DNA of 64,000 bases from Lingula anatina (taxonomy: Eukaryota; Animalia; Brachiopoda): NCBI GenBank assembly GCA_051362555.1, contig CM120642.1:4464001-4528000 (forward strand). Reading direction: 5' to 3'. The position numbers and the translations under genes are program-made. The notes under the pieces were generated by a model. The model made no database searches. It saw nothing but the letters and a program-made list of their open reading frames with translations, and was not told the DNA's origin. Below, piece by piece: positions 61,041 to 64,000 of the stretch (positions are counted from its first letter, which is position 1; each line of letters opens with the position of its first letter).

Positions 61041-61258
61041 CTTCTGAAATTTCATGATTATTTTTCACATTTGTAAAAAATCAGTAGTGCGTGATAATAT
61101 ATATTGCTAGAATAAGCAAGAATTAATAATGTGAAGACTTTATCGTTAATGTTTCAGAAATGTGCCAGAGAAATGAGGGCAAGGCAGATGATTCAGATAT
61201 CATACATCTCCAGTCTGACAAGCACCAGCGAGAACCATCAGTAAACTGTAAATGTTAA
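58985..61258 (+). CDS. CARD-domain / Rab-like small GTPase fusion protein, ~310 aa; exons 58985-59315, 59813-60014, 60442-60656, 60911-60994, 61158-61258
   Basis: Exon 1 is CARD-like (LLKNRVFLTKNLHADEVIELLLQERKL..ENKVKKLLDILGTKDHSAYNVFRKGL). It splices to RLK|VIFLGATESGKTSL..PTLG..KLQLWDCPGK..YYRAVDAVILVYDVT..LIGNKQD..ETSAKTGANV..CKC*. The total is 933 nt in frame. Confidence 0.85.
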
Positions 61259-62014
61259 AAGGATATATAATGTAGAGAAAAAAACCGCTTGGTTATGGAG
61301 AGCTCAGGAAAAAAGTTATTGGTATCTTAATACACCGGGTCATAACTTTCGAGTATGTGTTCCTTGAGTGTCCCCTTTTAATTATCTCGTCAGTAAGCAA
61401 TACTGTCATCTCCTTGCTGTGTTCTTGTCTTTATCATCATTGGCGGCGTACAATATTAAAGAAAAATGCATTATTGTGTTCAAGCGGTCGTTACAAGTGT
61501 GTTCCAAAAATCCCTTGAACGTCCGTTTTTGGTCCGCCCTCCTTGCGGAGATGTGTGAGGACGAAGCTAGACAGTGAATGTGCATCACCTTCTCCATATC
61601 TTGCTTTTCTCTCGGATATGTTTTTAAACTCCACGTGCAGTATTACACTGAATTAAAGAGTATAATTTCATGGGAACACTTGACACGAAAAGAGATTAAA
61701 ATTTAATAAGTATGACGTCATGAGTAGACATGATAATGCGATAAGTAACGGTGTAGATCCGCTAAATGCAAAAATTGTGCAAACAGATATTGAGATCGTG
61801 GAAGAGAAAGAGATACAGAAACAGAGATAAAGATTGTAGACTTACCTAGCTAATTGAAATGATTATTGGATATTTGATAAGCAAATGGATCTTAAATTAC
61901 ATGCGGCCTATTTCTCGCTAGCCAAAGTTTACCACTATACATCAAGGCCTTCTTATATCCGTGATAAACTGTAGATGCATGTTCTATAGCATTTTTTACA
62001 GTAAAGTCAGTACA

Positions 62015-62053
<39 letters not shown>

Positions 62054-62921
62054 TTACCTCAAAGATTGGGGGACGCTCCTGTATCTATTTATCGTGTAAT
62101 TTAATGAATAAATCTACTTATATTTGTTCATGGTCTCGTTCCAATGCATTAATTTTGTAATGGCTTAAAAACTCGTTTATGGGATTGAATATAAAAACTA
62201 CTTTAGATTCTGTATTTTCCATTTAAAAATGCAACCCGAAATATTGTACGTACTGTATCAGTATGTCTTTACAGTTGTTACCATAACTGAGAGCTCGCTT
62301 TCAAATACATATTTTTCTTTTCTCCAGCCAATTACAAAGTGTCATGTTACGATCATGACGTAACGAACAACATAGTTTGTTTTCTGAATTTACATTGTTT
62401 TCATCGGGGCGGGCGGTATGCTTATACTAGCTAGTCTTCAACGAAACTTAAACCCGCGCCAAAACACACCCACAAAAGCACTGCATATGAAAGTAAACAT
62501 TCAGAATACAATACACTTAACGCACTGCCTTTTGGATTTGCATAATATAGCTTTTATTTGCTTACAAAATCCACAATTTGAGGAATAATGACAGCATTTC
62601 AACACCTGCAATCAGCTGACAGAAAAGCACAGCGACCTACTGTATGAAAATGTCATATGTAACCGTGACTTGAAGTGGTACAGACGGTACCAGACAGAAA
62701 TCGTATCGGGTATAGTGGAAAATATACGCCCGTTATGACTGTGCCACTGAAAAAGCCATTATGTTGCTAGAAGTTGGATAAGTCGTGGAAGAGATTAAAT
62801 TCCCTTTCAGGGCACATTTTTAGACTTCACGGAAAGTACATGCAGGCAAATAAGGAGCTGCAGCGCCGGTTAAGTTCAATTTGACTGAAGCAAATAGCCC
62901 TTCAGTGCGCGCACACTTACA

Positions 62922-63751
62922 ATGAAGGAATGCTGTCTCACGTCCCTCGGTTTTCTCATATACGCTTCCTGCTATGCCGTGCCATACTTCGTGTCGTCCA
63001 AAAAGGTTGCTGACCTGTTGGTGGACGGGTCTGGACAATACGTGTACGGACTGGACGTAACCTTGGCCGTATACTGGTACATCCTTGGGGGAGTATTTGC
63101 TGGGCTGTTGATAGCGGCGGGACTTGTTTTCTGTATAGTGAAACAGTTTGGGGAAAGTATACAGACGAAAATGTGAGTACAACACCCTTTCATACAATAA
63201 GCATATAACAAAATAAGTTTCTTGTTGGAAAATATAGCAATACTTCCTTTATCCGAACAGTATATCTCTAGATCTACCCAAAACCGTTGAGAAAATTTCG
63301 TCCCATAAGCCCAATACGAGAGCGACTCAAAAATTAGAAACTCGGGACTCGGGATGTAGTTCTATAACTGTTTCTGGACATGGTGTACCTGAATGATTAA
63401 AAGGAAAAGTGCTGAATTTTTTAAATAAAACATTCTTAGTACAGTGCGCATAAATATCCAACAGCCATTGTGTGTCCTTTAGATTCTCTTTAAGGTGCAT
63501 AAATTGTAAATAAGGAAGGAATAAGGAATAAAGTCGTGTATATATTATATAAACATGTATGTGGACAGGATAACAACCAATCGAAATCTGATTCTATAAA
63601 TGTTTTGTGCAATTAAGCCATGTATCTGTTTATTCAAGATGCGTCGGGGTCGGATATTTAAGTAATCTCTTTTTCCAGACGCCTTCCCATTCTGCTCTAC
63701 TGGATTTTCTCCGTGCTCCCGTCTGTTATATTACTGGTCTTGTCATACAAG
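62922..63751 (+). CDS. Start of an uncharacterised multipass membrane protein; exons 62922-63172 and 63679-63751, continues beyond window
   Basis: Hydrophobic segments LTSLGFLIYASCYAVPYFV, VTLAVYWYILGGVFAGLLIAAGLVFCIV and, after a phase-2 splice, IRLPILLYWIFSVLPSVILLVLSYK. Donors are GTGAGT and GTGAGA. Confidence 0.6.
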
Positions 63752-64000
63752 GTGAGAGATCACTCAAATGTAATATTTTTTCTTATCCTAGATACGTCAT
63801 CCTATTTTTTATTTTTATTTTATTTATTTATTTTTATTTTTTGGAAGTGTTTTTCACAAAGTCTGACGTAATCGATGCCGTGAACACCTTCCAAAGGTTT
63901 TCGTCAAACAACCTGAAGTTTTCAGCAGCTGCTCAAGATAAGTGGAGTTCGCACTACATACATTTTCTTCATTTTTTTTATTAAATTAAGGTCTACGGTA

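Overview
AT-rich, intron-containing animal genomic DNA. A marine invertebrate (probably a lophotrochozoan or mollusc) is inferred only from the repeat types. From left to right the window holds: an apparently intact two-ORF non-LTR retrotransposon (minus strand, 3' end beyond the window) whose ORF1 starts with a J-domain-like module, lying antisense in an intron of a FAM78 gene; a tandem duplication carrying tRNA-like Pol III boxes; a 5-exon secreted Cys-rich gene absent from the ORF track; two divergent NmrA-like paralogues; an intronless DxD (GT32/Caps_synth-like) glycosyltransferase with a duplicated 3' end; SLC39A7 (ZIP7); NELFE; QTRT2, whose introns hold a satellite-bearing TIR element and a Helentron/HINE with a 146-bp array; a 5-exon CARD-Rab GTPase fusion gene; and the start of a multipass membrane protein gene. 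The most novel candidates are the CARD-Rab fusion (non-catalytic switch II, CxC tail) and the J-like/SGNH LINE ORF1p. Exon models were read by eye from splice signals and reading frames, and no database searches were run.
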